Source of the DNA: Gnetum montanum | Lineage: Eukaryota; Plantae; Gnetophyta | Direction of reading: 5' to 3' | Assembly (NCBI GenBank): GCA_015680685.1 | Contig: MNCI01002384.1 | Coordinates: 982,734 to 1,046,733, forward strand | Length of the DNA: 64,000 bases | Position numbers and translations under genes: made by a program | Notes under the pieces: model-generated | Told to the model about the DNA's origin: nothing | The model's input: the letters and a program-made list of their open reading frames with translations, nothing else | Database searches by the model: none | In this document: positions 51,985 to 64,000 of the stretch, one piece after another | How positions within the stretch are numbered: the stretch's first letter is position 1 | How the letters are laid out: every line of letters begins with the position of its first letter

Positions 51985-52809
51985 TGATGAGTGGCGAGGT
52001 ATCCCTATGCTCAATCATATGAATACAAGTGTACATACATGATCTAGTCAAATTTCAAGGACTAGGTGCTTATGCACCTTTGTGAAACAAGGATGGGTTG
52101 GTCAATCGTTGTCTTCCCAAGCTTACATATATAGCACGATTGTATGGTTAAGTAAACTTGAGGTACATGATTTTCTATAGTTTTTTATGTTTTTATGTCC
52201 TGGTGCTACAAAGGGAGAAGAGAGATAACTAAGTAACTAATTTAGTTTAACTACTCAACTATGCTTTAACTAGTCCTAACACTAGCATCTGTTCTCACTT
52301 GCCATACACATCTTGAACTAGTGCAACACTACTAGGGTTACCAAATGATAATCATTACTGGGTTACCAAGCGTTACACACATGCTCGAAGTGGTCGTACT
52401 GAGTGTGCTTACTTAGGAGAGTTGTAGGGTGAGAGAAAGAACATTAATTAACTAAGGAAAGCATTAAGTAACAGTAATTAACATTAATTAATCTATTAAT
52501 TAATCATAAATTTTATCTTTATTGCCATACACAAGGTGTGCTCAGGTACAAAATGCTCAAATAAAGATCTATTCACTTTATGACTCTTATTGTGGGCACT
52601 TAGAAATAATTCTATCTCTGGAAAGGGAAAAAGGCAAGAGTTTGGGTAAGGGACTAAGACTAATTGCCAAAACCAAGTGCACCTCCCTTTGATTTATAGG
52701 CAATGAGGTAGGTCCTGATATCAGATTTCCCATATCATGTGGAAGGCTCTGATATCATGGACCTGATATCATGGATGCGATATTGCGGTCTCGATATTGC
52801 AGTTCATTA
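51985..52809 (-). repeat. 5' LTR of element B
   Basis: Direct repeat of 42999-43818; decayed GATATC repeat cluster at 52716-52800 upstream of the TATA box on the minus strand. Confidence 0.93.
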
Positions 52810-53539
52810 GACATACATTTTGAACACTTAAAAATGTGATAGAATTGGACAACTTTTTTGATGTTTATATTGGCATATGTCATATTCTTTATCATATAAA
52901 TTAAAGTCTGTAACTTTTCCGCTACTACAATGTTATCTTTTTGATGGTAATAGGCCTATTCTATGTCCTTTCTTCTTTTGTCTCTTTCCTTGGAGCTTCC
53001 TTATTCTACTTTCTCATTTATAAATTTTAATTTTCTTTGAAACTTCTCATTGAAAGAATCCTACTTCTTGTCTACCTTAGGTAAAATTATAGTTATGGAT
53101 TTTTGTATTAACAAAGTCTTTCTCTACATGACCTCTAATAGCTCTTCATCCTTTGGGTCATAGAGATGAACCTTCTTTTTATGGATGGAGGGGCTTCTAT
53201 TAAATTCCTCTACACTTCATATTTTTTCTTAAAACTCTACTTCTTTGTTTTCTATTTCTTCAATGAGCCTTTATATTTGATGGGTCTTGATTTTAGATAA
53301 TCTTCCTTAGGCATAGATTGTAAGAGTTTATTTGGTCTTATTTCTAAGCCCATCTATGATATGGTGATGCTACTCCTATCGAGAGAAACCATAGCCTAGG
53401 CCTCACTATAGCAAAGAATAAAATCTTTCTAGGGCTACATCAAGGGATTCATGGTGATCTTGTTTTTACAAAGCATGAAGGATAGGGTTAATTATTTAAA
53501 TTACAAAGCAAGAGTAATCCTTTTATAATAATTAATAAA

Positions 53540-53950
53540 AAGACTTCAAAGAAATAAGATCCAACTTAACCTTACATGTCCTAACATACATAGTTACTTG
53601 AACACCATTATTTGTCATTAAAAAAAGCATCTTGTTATAGAAATCTAAGCTACCTTGATAGTGAGATAACCATTCCATGTCCAAGATGATATCATATTCT
53701 TCTAGATTCATGATGTATAGATAATTAAACTAAGAGATATCCTAAATCAATAAAGAGACATTGCCATTAATAGTACTAATTGAAAGCTTCTAAATAAGAG
53801 ATTAAATCTCTAAACCCAAACATCTAACTATTCATGTATTAACAAAAGAATGACTAGAATAAATATTATAGAGAATCAAAACTACAAAATTTCAAATAAT
53901 ATCTTCGGTCTCCATCTCAGTGTTGAGCCGAGCATTGTTAGGTGATAAAA
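53540..53950 (-). pseudogene. Isolated Tekay-like aspartic protease fragment
   Basis: Minus-strand DIILDMEWLSHYQGSLDF and LILYNIYSSHSFV; homologous to 21400-21800. Confidence 0.65.
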
Positions 53951-54859
53951 TAATGGTTAGATATTATTGATTTTTAATGATGTTTCTTGATTTTTTCAAG
54001 AAATTGCAACCTCATGTAGATCATAGCAACCCATAGTTGATAGTCCTAGGAGACTGATATAGAATTTTTAGACATGGAATCTCTCTTGATGGGCCAATAA
54101 GATAACAAGAGAGTACATGACCATCAAAGGAATGATATGGAGCTTTTTGAGTCAACTTGCAAGTGAATTGTGCCTAACAATTGATCTAAATTAGAATTGT
54201 GTGTTGATGTCACCCATAGTGGCTCTCATTACACATTATTATGTTGAATGCAAGGTGATGCATGTTGTAGTCACCCATGACATAGAAGAACTAATGATAA
54301 ACTAGAAGAAGTAACTAGGTGTAACCCACAGTAGGTTGCAATGAATATATTTCCAGAAGACTATTTTTATCAATGCAAGGTTGTGAAGCCTATAGCCCAT
54401 ATTAACTATTTAAAATCCAAACCTTTGAAAATTAAATAGTTGACCACTAAAGATTCATTAGGGATGGATGCTAGTCATAATGACGAGCAATGGTTACTTA
54501 TTTAAAGCTAATCATTACTTGGATGAGGAGCTATGACCTCATACGACCTGTAGTAGGTTGTAGCCATTATCCAAAAGTTACTTCAACCACTAAAATAAAG
54601 CCAAATTGATACAAAATCAAAGTGGTGATAATTAGGTGATGAAGGAAACTCATAAGACATCATGATAGCTGAGAGAATTGAAATAGAATTAAGAGAATCA
54701 AGACTTTTTGTTCATGTATTGACATTGTATTGTTGCTTCTTTATTAATTCATAAGTAATTGTTAGTAGTTGCTCAATGTTGTGCATTCTAAACATCATGA
54801 TCCTAGTAATTTCATTTTATATAAATTGTGATCTTTCATTTTATAGTAAAAGAATATAA

Positions 54860-55993
54860 ATTATAAGCAACATTTTGGCACCATAATGATAGCCATGGGT
54901 TATGGTATTATTTTAAAATTTTCTGATTTCTTGAATCTTTTCTTTTGTTATTGTATTATTTCATTATGGATTTTGATTCACCTATGGCTATGTGTTTAGA
55001 AAAATTACAACTGTCTTTGATAGATATGTAGATATTTTTTTATTAATTTAGAGTTATTAATTAATTAAAGAAACTATCAAATTGTTAGATCAATTATCAA
55101 CTTAAGTTTATTNTTTTTTTCTTTTTATTTTTCTTTGGAATTATTTTTGATTATTTGTTCTATAATTTTATTTTAGATTTATGATTTGTATTTATGAAAA
55201 GGGAAAGAGATTTGTTAGAGATATCATGCCTTCAACATACATTCCAAAAAGAAGAGTGAAGAAAGTTTCCATGTTATATGAAGAATCTTCTTCTTCTTCT
55301 AGAAATTCAAGAACAAATTCATCATGGTAGGATGGACGAATAATGTTTTAGATAGAGGTATAACCCCAAACTATAGTAAATAGGGGTAATAGAGTTAATA
55401 TTTTTGATTCCTTTTAAATGCTTGTTACTTTGACCACAAGTGGGACATAATTCATAGTCTTGTTCTTAAATTCTATCCAAACTAATCAAGTGATATGATC
55501 CTTGGTATTCCCACCCAATTTAGATTTGGGACATCAATTTTGAATAGCATGAGTTAATTTAGTTCTTTGGCATAAACTAAACCCCTTTCTATTGGTATTT
55601 CAACTTCTCTTTTATTAATTCAAATGGTTGGTCCATCATTTCAAACTCAACCTACTACTCAACACGAAAATGCCATGTATTTTCCAAATACTTCTAACAA
55701 ACTTGTGGATATTTTTCATCAACAAAAATTTCATTAATAGCATCTTGAAATCATTTATAAAACATTATTGAATGCCCTCTTCCAAGCTACTCAAAATACA
55801 TGGTTTGACGTATCTTCTCAATTAGCATTGAATTCCTTTCCTATGTCTATTCAAGCACTTATAACTATCACTTCTTTAGTAGTTCCTCAATCTATGTAAC
55901 CTTTAATTCCTATAAAATATTAGAGTGGTACATAATTACATCATTTTATTTCTTAGCCTACAATTTTATTTACTCCATATTTTTTTTCTATAG
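54860..55993 (+). mobile_element. Possible LTR end/PBS/5' internal remnant of another old Gypsy element (target of element C)
   Basis: ...aagcaaca ttt tggcacc (54865-54882) looks like an LTR-PBS junction; decayed ORF-like sequence follows from ~55226. Confidence 0.3.
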
Positions 55994-56941
55994 TGATGAG
56001 AACAGTTACACTAGCGGTTACTCTAGTAGTTACTCTAATTATTAGAGTGGTTACTCTAGTAGTTACTTTAGTAGTTATTCTAATTATTAGAGTGGTTACT
56101 CTAGTAGTTATTCTAATTATTAGATTGGTTACTCTAGCCGTTACTTTAGTAGTTATTCTAATTATTAGAGTGGTTACTCTAATTATTAGAGTAGTTTCTC
56201 CAAAGTCTATAAATACAGTGCCTAGGCACACAATTGGGAGGAAGTCTTTTAGTATTCAAGTAGCAAAACTCTTGTAATCTTTTTAAAAGTTAAATTATTT
56301 TCCAAGTACCCGTAGCAGGAGGTCTAAGTGTGGATGGATCTTTATTCGAGCATTGTGTACCTGAGCACACCTTGTGTACGGTAATAAAGACGAGCTCTTT
56401 GATTCATCCTTGTAACACTTGAGATTTTTTTTCTTATGCATTTATTTTATTTTATGCACTTTACATTTCCATTATTAGCACAAAAATTCATTTTGATCAA
56501 TTAAGCAAATCATGAAATTACACAAGCACAACCACTTCGAGCATGCGTGTAATGCTTGGTAACCTAGTAACGATTAGTGTTTGGTAATCCCAATAGTGTT
56601 ACATTGGTTCAGGATGTGTATGGAAAGTGGGAACAAATGTTGGTGTTAGAATTAGTTATAACTTAGTTAATGAGTAGTTAAGTTAAATTAGTCACTTAGT
56701 TATCTCTCTCCTTCCCTACTAGCATAGGACATAAAAACATAAAAGCTATAAAAATCATATGCCTAAAGCTTACTTAACCATACAATCGTTACATATAGGT
56801 AAACTTGGGAAGATAATGATCAACCAACCCATCCTTGTTCCACAAGGGTGCATAAGCACTTAGTCCTTGGAATTCAACCAGATTATGCATGAAATGCTCG
56901 TATTCTTATGGTTGAGTGTAGGGGTACCTCACTGCTCATCA
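55994..56941 (+). repeat. 5' LTR of element C (948 bp)
   Basis: Terminal inverted repeat; TATA tataaata at 56208-56215; the 3' portion is homologous to the B LTRs. Confidence 0.9.
56004..56195 (+). repeat. Compound minisatellite in the LTR U3 (12-bp and 21-bp units)
   Basis: Mixed ctagtagttact/ctagcggttact and ctaattattagagtggttact units; contains the inverted repeat actctaat-t-attagagt. Confidence 0.9.
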
Positions 56942-57077
56942 TTGGCACCATTGTCGAGGACTTAGTTATTTGTGCACTAATTAGAACTTGGGAAATCATT
57001 CACATCATTGGAATGAACCCTTAGGATTGATTGAGAAAATAATAAAAAAGAATACATTGCACACTGAATAGACAAGT

Positions 57078-60000
57078 ATGTCTCCTTCTTCATACGAAAG
57101 CACCTCACCACCTAGGTCTGAAACAAGAAATAGTCGGTGACGCAATACATATGACATTGATCCACCAGTCCCTTAACAAGTTTGAGTGGTATATATTCAT
57201 CCCAATGAGTATATACCATACTTTACCTTTATCCTCCATTAAGATGAAAAACTATTTTGGTGAGACTTAGAGGGTAACATAGTGTTACCTCCCAATCATT
57301 CAGTCCCAAGCATGCTTCTTCATGCTCTCACATGAATTGGCATGTCGCACTTACATGCAGAATACGTTGTGCAAGACCATGAATCAAGAGAATATCATCC
57401 CATGGAGGCACAACATCAAAGGGACTTGCAACAAGAGGGACATCATAAGTCTTCATAAGTCTTTGAAAGGTAAGTGGTCCTAAGATGTCCCACATGTCTT
57501 AAGAAAAAATGAGGGTGGTGAACCTACCTTAGGTAGTATCCCACACAACGATGTTCCTTACCTTAACTTTGGCCAAGGGGTTGTGTATTAGAACCTTCAT
57601 TCCACTATTCATAACCTAGGTTCTGATACCCACGGGCACAAAGGATCTGAAAAAGGAACATGAACACATGATAAAGGTGGACATTCTGATCGTAATCGTG
57701 ATTGAGGCTGTGACTGCCAAAGAGAAGCTAGTAGACACCGTCATGGTGATTGTTCTCCTTCTTCTTCACCTTCATAATCTTCTTCATCCTCTCCTTTAGT
57801 ATCCAGATTTGAGAATAAAGAAAAAGACCATGGGGATAAAGGTAGGCAAAGTGAAAGTCATAGAAGAAACAACCACGAAAGGGGATAAGGGCACTCTAGA
57901 GAGTCATGACATAGAAGAAGGAAGAGTAGGGAACAACATAGGCATCATAGACACCATGGATGAGATGATCATGATGAACCCCTCCTTGCTACTCAAAGTA
58001 TGTTAGACATAACTGAGGTTGTTAGAATTTCAACAAGGCATCAGAAAGATAGTAGGATCAAGAGATTAGATATGAAAAACATCCCATGATTTGAAGATGG
58101 ATACAATGCTAATCCTCAAAATCATTTACAAGCATTCCATGATGCATGTGCCTTACAGAACATCGAGAATGAATGACAAAAACTTAAGTTGTTCCCATAG
58201 ACATTAGTTAAAGAAGAGGAAAGTTGGTACTAGTCTTTAGAACCAAAATCCATTCATAGGTGGAGTACCATGTTAGAACTATTTAATGACAAGTATCAAA
58301 CATAATCCCGAGTGTCTAACTTGTGAAAGAAAATCCAACGCTAGAAACAAGGAGGACATGAGTCCTTGGATGCTACCATGGGTTAATACTATGCATTGTT
58401 ACATCATTGTCCTAGCCATGATTATTCACAAAGGGATCAACTGTGCCATCTCATGGATGGGCTTAGGCATGAAATGAGAAGAACCTTTGGGACTTATGCC
58501 CAAGAAAGACTATCCAAGATTAGGTCCCATCAAATTCAAAGACTATTGGAGCAAGTTTCTAAGGAAGAAGATGAGCTACAGAAGAGAGTATAACCAAGAT
58601 CCTTCCCTTCAGAAGAGGGGAGTAAAATTTTGTGAGGATGAAGAAGAGTCACCACTCGAAGAGATGGTGAATAGGAAAAATTTTCCTATCCAAAAGATAA
58701 CATCAGAAATTTTGGAAAAGGTAGACCAAATGTGGGATTCCCTAGAAAATAGATTTCAAACTCTTCTTAAAATAGTAGAGGAGTCTAGAAAGCAAGGTAA
58801 TGAGAAAAGAAAAAAGAAAAAGGCTGAACATGCACATAGCAAGGGTAAGTGCAAAGTTGCCATCATTGAAGAGGTTGTGGATTCAAAAATAGACAATGAT
58901 AGTGGATGTGAGATATGTCAATATGACCATCCTAAGGGATGTTGCCGTGTAATCTCACATCTGTAGAAGTCTGAGGTGTATGCACTCAACCCATGATTAA
59001 ACAAAATGAAAATACCTGGAAGGTTACCTTATCCTCAAGGTAACCCAAGGCAGTTCCACCAACTCTTATCATATTATCCCAGTGGAACTCCACCATAATC
59101 GGTTGAGCAATATCAATACTGGCAGCACCCACAATCATGGGGAATACCACCACCAAGGCAATAGTATCCTTACCAGCAACCTGACCCATGTGGATATTAC
59201 GTGAAGCAGCCAATCTCCCCATGTGACTCTACTGGTCACATCACTCCTCAACCTCACTACCAAGCCTATGAGTATTATGGGACTCCCTCTTGTAGAGGTG
59301 ATATTCTAGAAGCATATCATCCTTCTCATCCGGCTGCATCTCTTCCACCAATAGCTCCACTACCACCTACTCCCACGATGCAAAGTGAAATCCCTAGCCA
59401 GCTATAGCAACATAATGTCACGAGGGCTGTTAACTCTCTACCTACTATTGGTTCCCACAACCACATGAAGAACAGACCTTTCTTTAGAACCAATAGTCCA
59501 ACCAAGCCCTTGTAATCACAAGAGGTTGATTCCTTAGATGCCTCAGTATCAATCCAAACTTTGGAGCCCCCTTCAACCCAATCACTGCACTCAATGCATA
59601 CAATCATGCTAACACATGCCGTCACCGATTGGATAAAAGCTATTCACCTTCCCAGGAAATTCTCTAATCGTGAGAGTCCTCTAATATACTTACAAATCAC
59701 TGGATATGCATCATGCAAGGCTCTTTTGGATTTAGGTTCCAGTGTCAACTTGATTTTTCAAGAAATGTACAAGGCCTAGAACTTGCCTCCATTGAAAAAG
59801 AGCAACATNNNNNNNNNNNNNNNNNNNNNNNNNNNNNNNNNNNNNNNNNNNNNNNNNNNNNNNNNNNNNNNNNNNNNNNNNNNNNNNNNNNNNNNNNNNN
59901 ATCAATGCACACCTAGGAATCCATAATCTTTTCCTAGAAATATCAAAGGAAAATACATTCAGAAAGATCGAGAAGAAGAAAGTTCCATGCATTGCATACA

Positions 60001-63000
60001 GTGACACAAGGTGTAATTACATGCAGAGGTCATGGTTTGCACAAAATTTAGCATTTCCTGCATGCAATCATTGTGCACAAGTGATTAACATATAAATATA
60101 CCTGTATGCAATAGCTACATGATAAGAAGACACCCAGTGGTTGATAACTAATCAAGAAAGCAGTTCACTTATATGCATGAAACCAACTGAGGGTTTGACT
60201 TAAGCTTACATCGATAGCATAGATGCATTAAAGCAAGTCCACCGCCAACTTCCAGGTCTTAACCTTGAAAATATCAACTAGGGGAAGTTGGAAATCCCTA
60301 AGAAATTAAAGTAGGAGCCCCTCGAGGTGAAACCATTGCCCATCGGTATGGAATAGATATTCCTTAAAAACAAAAAATTGATAATTACCAACGCTAAGCT
60401 TGCTCCTAAATAGAAAGAAGAACTATTGAAGGTAATAAATAAATGGTTGAAAGCCTTTGCTTGGTTATATCCCAAATTAACTAGAATAGATCCTAGGATA
60501 TGCCAACATAGAATTTACACTGACCCCTCCATGAAGCCTCAAAGACAATCGCAGAGGCGATTGAACCCTAAGCTGAAGCAAGTTGTTAAGGAAGAAATTG
60601 AATAGCTTCTCAAGGCTGGGTTCATATATCCCATTGCTGATAGCGAATGGGTTAGCCCCTTAGTTATTGTGCCTAAAAAGGGAGGCAAATGGAGGGTGTG
60701 CATAGATTTCAGGCTACGAAATATGGCAACATTCAAAGATCACTTTCCATTGCCATTTGTTGACCAAATATTAGACACCATCATAGGGCATCACTATTAT
60801 AGTTTTTTGGATGGATATAGCGGATATAACCAAATACAAATGGCCCCAAAAGACCAAGCCCAAGCTATGTTTACTAGTCCTTTGGGAATGTTCACATACA
60901 AACAAATGTTGTTTAGCTTGTGCAATGTCGTTGCAACATTTCAATCACTAGTTCTAAGAATCTTCCAGCAACAAATGGGGAATGGTGTGGAGCTTTTTAT
61001 AGACAACTACTCTACTTATGGAGCAAACTTTGATCAAGCCTTGGACCTATTGGAGCAAGTGTTAAAAAGATGTGTAGAAACCAATTTGAGGCTCAATTGG
61101 CAGAAAAGCCTTTTGATGGTCTAATAAGGCATAGTATTAGGGCACAAAATCTCACACACAGGGATAGAGGTGGACCTTGAAAAAATCAAAATTATCCAAG
61201 GAATTATCTATCAACCAGAAATTGTCAAAGATATTTAGTCATTCCTTAGACATACTAGCTACTATAGGAGATTTATTGAGAACTTTTCAAAGGTTGCCAA
61301 ACCTTTGGTGGAATTAACGAAAAAGGACGTACCTTTCAAGTAGACCAAAGAATGTGAATTTGCTTTCTAAACTCTAAAATAGAAGCTAGGAGAAACACCC
61401 ATTCTACAAGCTCCTGACTGGTTCAAACCATTCCATATCATGACTAATGCATCCAACTATGCTTTAGGAGCCATACTTACACAATTATATGAACAAAAGT
61501 GTCCTTATTACATCCACTGTGTAAGTAGAAGTATTGATGGTGTGCAACTTAACTACACTACCATAGAGAAAGAATTAATGGTTGTAGTGTTTACACTAGA
61601 AATGTTTAGACACTATGTATTGGGATATAAAGTATATATACATACAGATCATAGTGCAATCCGGTTCCTCATGAGCAAGCCAATGGTAAGACCTTATATC
61701 ATATGATGGCTTGTAATCTTACAAGAGTTCAATTTAACGATCATCGATCATAAGGGCATTGAGAATGTAGTTGTTGATCATTTATCTCAGTTGCGATGGG
61801 ACAACAAAGAGGATGAGTATCCTATTTCTGATCATTTCCCTAATGAATTCCTCTTTGTTGGTGTAGTGAATAATCAATCACCCACAAAGACAAATTGGTA
61901 CAGTAGCATTCTTACCTATCTCCTCACCCAACAAACACCACAAGAGTTAAACCTTAAGAAGAAACAATAGTTTCTTCACTAAGCCAAGTACTTTATGGAG
62001 ATCAATGGACAACTTTACAAAGTGTGTCCCCATGGCTTGGTTCGATGGTGTGTTCTTGATATAGATCAACTGCAAGTTCTTCAAGATGTTCATGAGGGTT
62101 CTTTTGGGGGTCATTACACTATGAGATGAATGGCCATCAAGATCCTACTTGCAAGATATTATTGGACTACATTATTTTAGGACATCCATCATTTTGTCCA
62201 ATCTTGTGAGTGCTGTCAACATGATGGGGGAATGATTGCTAGGATGGAGGGTCCGCAACAATGGATTCAACCATTAGAACCCTTCGAAATTTGGGGAATT
62301 GATTTTATGGGGCTAATTATACCAATGTCCAATGAAAAAGGTTACATTATTGTTGCCATTAATTACCTAGCAAAATGGGCCAATGTAGCTGCTGTTAAAG
62401 ATTATACATCATCTACAGTTGCACGATTTGTTCAACAACAAATCATAAACAGGTTTGGTATGCCACGTGCACTTATTTCAGATAATGGTACATAGTTCAT
62501 AGGTGAAGCTTTTTGGAAATTAATGCAATGCTTAGGAGTTGAGCATAAATTGACTACACCATACCACCCCTAAGTGAATGGTCAAGCAGAAGTCACCAAT
62601 AGGGAGATTACAAAGATATTGACAAGAACCATTAGTAAGTTTAGGCAAGACTGGAGCACTAAACTGAATGATGCTCTTTGGGCATACCACTCCACATGGA
62701 AACTTCCTATAGGATATTCTCCCTATGAGTTAGTGTATAGTAAATTACCAATGCTTCCCATTCAAATTGAGCTCTGTACACTATCCATGGCATGTGACCT
62801 CAACCTTGACCTTGATCTAGCATAGAAACAATGGTTAGTAATCCTTAACTTTCTAGATGAAAATTGATTAGCTATCCTATCATCTAACAAATTGCAGAAG
62901 GCCTTCAATAAAAAATGTCATGACATAAGAATTAGGAAAGTTAAATATCAGCCAAGAGATAAGGTTCTCTACTAGAATCCCACACATGTTCCACAATGTA

Positions 63001-63136
63001 CTAAATTTTAAACACAGTGGGAAGGACCTTATATTATTTATGCAACTTTTCCTTCGGGGGCCATGACAATGTACAAGCCTCAAAGCCTAGATAAGAAAAT
63101 TTTGGTCAATGTGCAACAAACGAAACCTTTCTAGTA
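57078..63136 (+). pseudogene. gag-pol of element C
   Basis: CEICQYDHPKGCC knuckle (CX2CX3HX4C), ALLDLGSSVNL (PR), KKGGKWRVCIDFR...FLDGYSGYNQI...FIDNYS (RT), MTNASNYALGAIL...YTTIEKEL (RH), PFEIWGIDFMG...LISDNGT (INT). Many stops. Confidence 0.93.
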
Positions 63137-64000
63137 GCTTAGGATAGCTAGTACACATGCTACCTCTCTTGATCAATAACCCTGCTCACTATTTCAGATC
63201 TCCTCCTTCCAACTTAGTCATGGGGGAGATGGCCACCTATGCTAACTGTTCTAGGCCCTTAGTTCTTTTTGATTTTTTTTACAGATTTATGTTTTACACA
63301 TTCTTTCAACTTTTCTTATTTTTGTTTTATACCATCGTTCATGTTTTTATTGTTTCTTTTTTTTTCTTGGTTTACTTTTATTCATCATCTAATAAGTGCT
63401 CATGACGGTGGATTGATTTATATCATATTGATTGCTAATGTTTGGTTTTTACCTTTGAATTATGATGCTGATATTAAGGTATGATTCTTTTGGTAAAACA
63501 AGTAATGAGTTCATGCTGTCCACATATCCATACAACTCTATGGTCTCCTTTGGCTTGGAACTATATAGTCCCCTTTTTCTAAGTAAACTTGTTAATGAAT
63601 TGGTGGTTGGGTATTTTTCAAACCAAGGAAAGACTCAAAGGATGAAAAGGATATGACTTCAAGGTGATTAGATGCATTGGTGCTTGCCATTCTCTTGGGT
63701 TCTTGGATGGTTTTTCTTGGGTTTTCCACCATTTTAACATTGTTCAAGTATTAGGAAGTTGAGTGAATAAAAATAAGTCTTTGCATGGTGTGGTTCTCAT
63801 GCATAAACATAAAAAAAAAAAGAGAAAAAAGAGAAAAATGTGAGAATTCAAAGCACACCCCTTAGACATAATAAAGCAATATGGGCTACAAGCGCTAGTT
63901 ATGGCACCAAAAAGACATGTTACCCATGCCTGAAGGTTTCTTCTAACTAAGGTCCTTCTCATTTCTTGCTTCTCCATCTCACTCTCCTTGGGATGGTGGT

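Larger units (their letters stand above)
42999..52809 (-). mobile_element. Full-length Athila-like Ty3/Gypsy element B (9.8 kb), coding region disrupted
   Basis: LTRs at 42999-43818 and 51985-52809; near-TSD tacat/gacat; PPT complement tacccccatgac (43819-43830); tRNA-Asp-type PBS; gag-PR-RT-RH-INT order. Confidence 0.93.
28400..53460 (-). mobile_element. Old Athila-like element D, 5'-truncated, split by three nested insertions
   Basis: 3' LTR at 28400-29238, PPT complement tacctccatgat (29239-29250), extra ORF at 29467-32159, pol remnants at ~38800-41700, gag remnants at 41700-41785, 42617-42998 and 52810-53460. All parts are collinear with element B. Confidence 0.8.
55994..64000 (+). mobile_element. 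Athila-like Ty3/Gypsy element C (5' LTR to 3' non-coding region; continues past the window)
   Basis: LTR at 55994-56941 (TGATGAG...CTCATCA), PBS tggcaccattgtcgagga (56943-56960), gag-pol collinear with element B. Confidence 0.93.

Noticed and set aside
54000-54860. Possible host exon or LINE remnant between elements B/D and C
   Set aside because: There is no ORF of 60 aa or more and no motif I can identify; left unannotated.
56004-56195. CRISPR-like array of palindromic repeats
   Set aside because: There are no unique spacers and no cas genes; the context is a plant LTR.
55953-56277. Repetitive ORFs on both strands (VVTLIIRVVTL / TTLIIRVTT), superficially like a membrane or repeat protein
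   Set aside because: They arise from a stop-poor minisatellite whose unit lengths are multiples of 3, lying in an LTR U3 upstream of the TATA box.
61120-62230. Additional (archaeal-type) RNase H that would indicate the Tat/Ogre lineage
   Set aside because: Only one RNase H is seen between RT and integrase; the PBS and motifs fit Athila.

Overview
This is AT-rich, gene-free eukaryotic (seed-plant-type) heterochromatin made almost entirely of nested, mostly decayed LTR retrotransposons. I found no host gene, RNA gene or CRISPR array. I reconstructed the nesting by eye from LTR termini, PBS/PPT sites and target-site duplications (TSDs). (1) A minus-strand Tekay chromovirus (8517-24442) carries a full SIRE Copia (11010-19840, itself holding two solo LTRs). 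Its 3' LTR is also cut by a gag-only SIRE (2769-8516), whose 5' LTR is in turn interrupted by a young Athila-like element A (1-2768). (2) An inverted Tekay LTR lies at 24443-27341. (3) An old minus-strand Athila-like element D (28400-~53460) hosts an Ivana-type Copia (33473-38757), a CRM-like solo LTR (41786-42616) and a full-length relative, element B (42999-52809). (4) A plus-strand Athila-like element C runs from 55994 to the window end, head-to-head with B. The most unusual signals are in the Athila-like family: a ~900-codon extra 3' ORF with a coiled-coil C-terminus (in A and D, relic in B), a long N-terminal Gag extension, a Cys-rich PR-RT spacer, and LTRs with shared termini but different palindromic U3 cassettes. 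Lineage names rest on recalled motifs, not database searches, and boundaries of decayed ORFs are approximate. I see no clear evidence of a new non-transposon biological system.
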